NCBI GenBank assembly: GCA_950097015.1
Contig: CATNEN010000034.1
Coordinates: forward strand, 930,001-994,000
DNA: 64,000 nucleotides
Origin: Macrostomum hystrix
Taxonomy: Eukaryota > Animalia > Platyhelminthes
Direction: 5' to 3'
Part shown: piece by piece, positions 58,440 through 64,000 of the stretch
How positions within the stretch are numbered: the stretch's first letter is position 1
How the letters are laid out: each line of letters opens with the position of its first letter
Made by a program: the position numbers and the translations under genes
Notes under the pieces: model-generated
What the model saw: the letters and a program-made list of their open reading frames with translations, nothing else
Databases searched by the model: none
Told to the model about the DNA's origin: nothing

Positions 58440-59058
58440 GTCTATGGAGCTCTGGATATAGAATCTGGAGAGACACAATATGGGCTGACTGATGGAGCTC
58501 TGGGTATAGAATCTGGATAGACACAATATGGGCTGACTGATGGAGCTCTGGATATAGAATCTGGAGAGACACAATATGGACTGACTGATGGAGCTCTGGA
58601 TATAGAATCTGGATAGACACAATATGGGCTGACTGATGGAGCTCTGGATATAGAATCTGGAGAGACACAATATGGACTGACTGATGGAGCTCTGGATATA
58701 GAATCTGGAGAGACAACAATATGGGCTGACTGATGGAGCTCTGGATATAGAATCTGGAGAGATACAATATGGGCTGACTGATGGAGCTCTGGATATAGAA
58801 TCTGGATAGACAACAATATGGGCTGACCACAGATAATATATAACTGTGTTATATATGTTATATATTATCTGTGGGGCTGACTGATGGAGCTCTGGATATA
58901 GAATCTGGATAGACACAATATGGGCTGCCTGATGGAGCTCTGGATATAGAATCTGGATAGACACAATATGGGCTGCCTGATGGAGCTCTGGATATAGAAT
59001 CTGGATAGACAACAATATGGGCTGACTGATGGAGCTCTGGATATAGAATCTGGAGAGA
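58440..59058. repeat. Minisatellite, 48-bp unit (ggagctctggatatagaatctggagagacacaatatgggctgactgat)
   Basis: Period is 48, with one short interruption near 58830. Confidence 0.93.
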
Positions 59059-59834
59059 CGACAGCATATTCTGACTCATGGAGGTCTATGGAGTAATTAT
59101 AGATAGACAGATAGATAGATCGATAGATACATGCATCTAAACATCCATATATATTTAACTGCCTACTCAGCAACGTACCCACCGACTTTCTCACCTCATT
59201 TGGTACTTGCGAGCCTTATTAGAGTGGTGCTTGCATTGAATTTTAAGTGTGCGCGAATTTTTTTCACATCTAAATCCTAGCAGTCACTAAAAATGCTTCT
59301 ACGAGCAACATGATTGCGTGCATTCTGAATCAGTATGATCCCTGTATTTTAACAGCGCCCAGCAAGGAATGAGAAAATTATATTAGCAGCAACAATGCGA
59401 CACTAACAAGCAAAAGTAAAGCCTCGTCGAGGCACTCGTCGAGCTGAAACAAAATTTTCCACCGTGACTGGCGTGCGAATCGATTAGCCATAGCCGATAT
59501 TCAGTCGGGCACTTATCATTCTGTCTGGCGTGTTGCACCGCCTCGGGTTTATCAGGGGCAATTAAAATCAATATAAGTGCTTTGATTTTGAATTCCGCAT
59601 GAATTTTCATGCTTCTTAATTTGATGTGCAGCTAATTGTTAACACATTAGTTACTTAACTTGCTGTCAGAACTTGTTGACAGGTTGACAGAGTATAACAG
59701 GTTTATTTCTTTGATCGATTATAATTTTAGGCTAGGGTATATTAAAGTTTAGTGACATATTTTTCTCGCTTAACTTATTGATTCCGTTCCGTCAATATTT
59801 CTGTTGGGGTTAAAAATCTCTAGATTCCATTTAA

Positions 59835-60700
59835 ATCTGTGGATTCTATTTGAATCCGTGGATTCTATGATTTGAATCAGTAGATTCTATAATTTGAATC
59901 TGTGGATGCTATAATTTGAATCTGTGGATTCTATAATTTGAATCCGTGGATTCTATTTGAATCCGTGGATTCTATAATTTGAATCTGTAGATGCTATAAT
60001 TTGAATCTGTGGATTCTATTTGAATCCGTGGATTCTATTTGAATCCGTGGATTCTATAATTTGAATCTGTAGATGCTATAATTTGAATCTGTGGATTCTA
60101 TAATTTGAATCCGTGGATTCTATTTGAATCCGTGGATTCTATAATTTGAATCTGTAGATGCTATAATTTGAATCTGTGGATTCTATTTGAATCCGTGGAT
60201 TCTATTTGAATCCGTGGATTCTATAATTTGAATCTGTAGATGCTATAATTTGAATCTGTGGATTCTATAATTTGAATCCGTGGATTCTATTTGAATCCGT
60301 GGATTCTATAATTTGAATCTGTAGATGCTATAATTTGAATCTGTGGATTCTATAATTTGAATCTGTGGATTCTTTTTGAATCTGTGGATTCTATTTGAAT
60401 CTGTGGATTCTTTTTGAATCTGTGGATTCTATTTAAATCTGTGGATTCTATTTGAATCTGTGGATTCTATTTGAATCTGTGGATTCTTTTTGAATCTGTG
60501 GATTCTTTTTGAATCTGTGGATTCTTTTTGAATCTGCAGTGGATTCTTTTTGAATCTGTGGATTCTTTTTGAATCTGTGGATTCTTTTTGAATCTGTGGA
60601 TTCTTTTTGAATCTGTGGATTCTTTTTGAATCTGTGGATTCTTTTTGAATCTCCAGTGGATTCTTTTTGAATATGTGGATTCTATTTGAATCTGTGGATT
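59835..60700. repeat. Minisatellite, 19-22-bp unit (tttgaatctgtggattcta[taa])
   Basis: Tandem variants with higher-order periodicity. Confidence 0.93.
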
Positions 60701-63700
60701 ATAAATTGATTTGTGGAATGGGTATGTTTCCTTGGTTTCTAGATGAACGCGTGAATATTAGTGCTCACTAGTTATTTGCAACCGAAAATTAAAGTGAAGT
60801 CACATCACGTTCAAGATGAGGTATATATAATAGCATTTCGAATCAAATCCTCACACACACAACAACGTTAAAGCTTATATAAACTGTATTATCTGCTCGT
60901 AGAGCAGTCACTGCAGCGTGGATTGTGAGATGATGAGCAGACTTCGAATTGGAATGTACGTACGTGAGCGATGGAGCTGCCGCTGCCGCTTGACTGACAG
61001 CCATGCAGTCTGGTGCCAGCTCTCAGACCCATGCTCATGGAGTTCATTCACCGAAACGAATTGGCGAAATGCATGAACGAGTGTAGCGAAGCTTCGGCTT
61101 GGCTTAAAAATTTCTGTACAATTCAATGCTGCAAAATCCACGGACCGCGCATAAAATTTAGTCATCAAAGAAGTATTTATATCCGAAGGCATGTGAGCTA
61201 GAGCAAATCCATATATAGACTGACAATAATCCTGTCTCGAAAGTGACTGCCACTGCAAACATCAATCTAGCTAAGAGCCGCTTATCTTCATCATTCTACA
61301 GTATGTATGCAGTAGCATGCGGCAGAAGTCTCGAGCGAAAGTTTAAGAATGGGATATATACATTAGAAGTAAAATATACAATTAAGTTGACTTCGCGATC
61401 TGCATGCCTCAACTTGAGTACGACTCGTACAGCCACCTGCATTTTTCTCCAAGTTTAATTTCCACTACCAAGCCTTAAGACATGCAAAAGCACAGAAAAT
61501 GTCTGGACTGAATGATGAAAAAATGCCACGGTGTCTGACGCGTCAAACATTACACTAGAGCAATTGCTAAAATAAATAGTTTGTATAATTTGTAAAGGCA
61601 TGCAATTTTCTATAATGTAAATGTAGCCCTTAGATGCAGCCCTCTAATATAAGTAAATCGACATATCGTGATCGACTGGACGAGAAAATTATTAAATGTG
61701 AATAGAAATCTCAAAATAATACTCGTTTATTTCAGAAGCACTCTTTTTGTCAATTTGCAAATTAAACTTTTTGCTGTGCGATAATTGCTTCATATTTTTG
61801 TCGCTCTTAACATGCCAGATACATGCACATATATTCATGCAAAATTAAAATGAAAAATTATGAAGTCGAAAGTTTCCAGGTTTAAGAATAAATAGGTAAA
61901 ACAATGCGTTTTAAAAAATTATTTTTTTCGGCAACAATACTGATTCTCTACTGTTACAGCGTTTAGAAACAAAATGTTGGTGAAGCCCTTGCTTTATTAC
62001 AGTTTTAATTCTCATTTACGTTAAATTTAAATCTGTGCTATTTTTATTGCTTGATTACATTTCATCGAATTGCTAACAAAGTCAACTTACCTTAGCGGTT
62101 GTGGGTGATCATATTTTGGTCCACTTGATTGGACTAGATACCATAAATTCTCATTTGTATTTAGTAGATTCTCATTGCATTCAAGGATTGCTAGCGTTCT
62201 CAAAAGACAGCCTTTTTAGCATAGGCCTACAACAAGTATCAATGTCCAAATCAATTAATAGAATATAATAATACCTATTTAAGCCTGACCCTGTCTGGCA
62301 GGCCGCTGGCCCTGCTGCAGGTTCTTAAGTAAAGCTTTCTGGATACATCAATCCAGTTGAATTTTAGTTCTAATTCAATACATAATAACACATTTTCATA
62401 CATAGGCTGTTTAATAGTATATTGGCTTGTGGACCCTAGTCAACAAAAAGGTTGTCTTAGACTCCTAGGCTTAGGCTAGTCCTTCTGTTAAACTTTCCTC
62501 TTGCTTCTGACTTATTATGCATAGGCCTCGACATCAAGTTATTTAGAGAAAATATTGTTCGAAATCCAGACCCTACAGTCCTACTGTAGGCTTGGCTGTA
62601 GCTAGGCCTAGGCCTACTGTATGCCTGCTGTTTATCAGCATATCCAAAATTCATCACTTGTATTTTTTTGTTTAATAATTTTCTGTTAGTATACAAAAAT
62701 GTATAAGTTACTAAAAGTATTTTTCATTTAAGTACAATGCTTTTGTGCATATGAGTAGGTTTTTCTTGCTTCTAACATAACAACACTCAATGTTTTTAAT
62801 ACTTTAGAGTTTAGATAGATGAGACTTGCTGTTGTTTGCGTTTCTTTATTGGCATAACTAGCAAATTCAACAGGTGCCATAAGAAAGTAGTATTCAGTAC
62901 CCACATTTATATAATTTTAAAATTATAATTTACATTTTTTAATTATCTAAAAAATCAAAGGGGGACCAAGAGACAAAAAAGGAAGGCGTGAAGAAGAGGA
63001 AAAGGGGGAGAGAAAAATAGAGCAAATGAGAGCAAACTAAGTTGAGATTTGCCAGCTAAGATTTGGAAGGTTGCACATGGATGTAAATAAAATAAATCAA
63101 TTTAGAAGCATTTTAAACTTCATCTAATTGTTTTATGTATATGTAATACAAAAGTTATTAACTATAAAATAAAAGTTGTCAAATAATAAAAGTGCTTCAG
63201 TGTCCAATATAGAAATCTATAGGTACATACTTAGTATACAACATAGCTTTGCTACTAGTCTATAAAAATAATGTAGCATTAATGTTTGTAATTTTTTAAA
63301 CCAAAAACTGTCTTTTTGTCTTAACACATAGCACATTTTTTGTTAATTTTATAGGTCAATTTTATGAGTTGATTGACTCCTTTTGTATTACTGTGTAATC
63401 AAATGCTTTAATATATTGTTTAGATACAGCTAGTTTAAATTTATTCTCGAATGGATACAGTACATTTTTGTTCTATTTTATAATGTATTAATTTTAGTCT
63501 AGAAAAATAGATTAGTCCCGAAGCTTTATATATTTCATATTAAGTTAAAGCATAAAAATAGTAGCTAATGTATAGAGATATTTATGTTTTGTCAATTAAT
63601 GTGGCAAAAAGTTTCTATCTATCTCAGCAAATTTATCAGGGAATTATTGCTGCAATTTTTTGTGTGCATTCTTTTAATCAAGAATTTTTTTAATCTATGC

Positions 63701-63834
63701 AATGTATTTGTTTGCTTTCAACTTAGCAATTCTATATTATGTGTCTTGGCATTATTTTAGTCCAGTTTTAGAAGCTTTGTTATTTTTATCTACTATTTAT
63801 TTTTTATTCTACAATCATTCTAGGCTGTTGTTGC

Positions 63835-64000
63835 ATGGCTGATGCACAGTCACCAAAGCCGCCTGTGCTGGCTGCTGACTCAGCAGAAGATCAATTAACT
63901 AAAGAGACTATGTCTGAGACTGTCGCCGCTGCTAATAACTCCGCCCAGCTATCCAATGACTTTTCCATTGATAAACGCGATCGCCCAGCCATGTCAGAGC
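63835..64000 (+). CDS. Probable first coding exon of an unidentified gene, running off the window
   Basis: A T-rich tract and AG acceptor (63822-63823) precede ATG 63835. The frame MADAQSPKPPVLAADSAEDQL... stays open to the end, and composition shifts from AT-rich to exon-like. Confidence 0.5.
   Translation, partial: MADAQSPKPPVLAADSAEDQLTKETMSETVAAANNSAQLSNDFSIDKRDRPAMSE

Noticed and set aside
63825-63837. ttgttgcATG resembling the 3' end of a flatworm spliced leader
   Set aside because: Only about 10 nt, with no following GT donor or Sm site. Likely chance.

Overview
Eukaryotic (animal) genomic DNA with canonical GT-AG introns, GC-rich exons, AT-rich spacers and about 30 different minisatellites. 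The style resembles a flatworm genome such as Macrostomum (inference only). I reconstructed splice models by hand, checking phase at each junction. Plus strand: a Lines/LINS-like gene (about 1.0-3.4 kb), an intronless cytochrome-b5 front-end desaturase with sphingolipid delta-8 motifs (7981-9381), and a 5' exon at the window end. Minus strand: a 12-exon ionotropic glutamate receptor/IR-like channel (13235-24090), a novel-class PKC epsilon/eta (29729-35002), KRR1 (36460-38725), a CCDC170-like coiled-coil gene (47289-52261) and a small secreted neuropeptide-precursor-like gene (54413-55198). Mobile DNA includes a decayed Gypsy element lacking RNase H, two tRNA-derived SINE families (with nested insertions and TSDs) and three MITE types. 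The most notable signals are: minisatellites that fill introns, two of them apparently seeded by transposon ends and three carrying consensus transcription-factor sites in each unit; the plant/fungal-like desaturase; the NPF-like precursor; and a tight KRR1-PKC spacing compatible with trans-splicing. Most long ORFs in the track are repeat artefacts.
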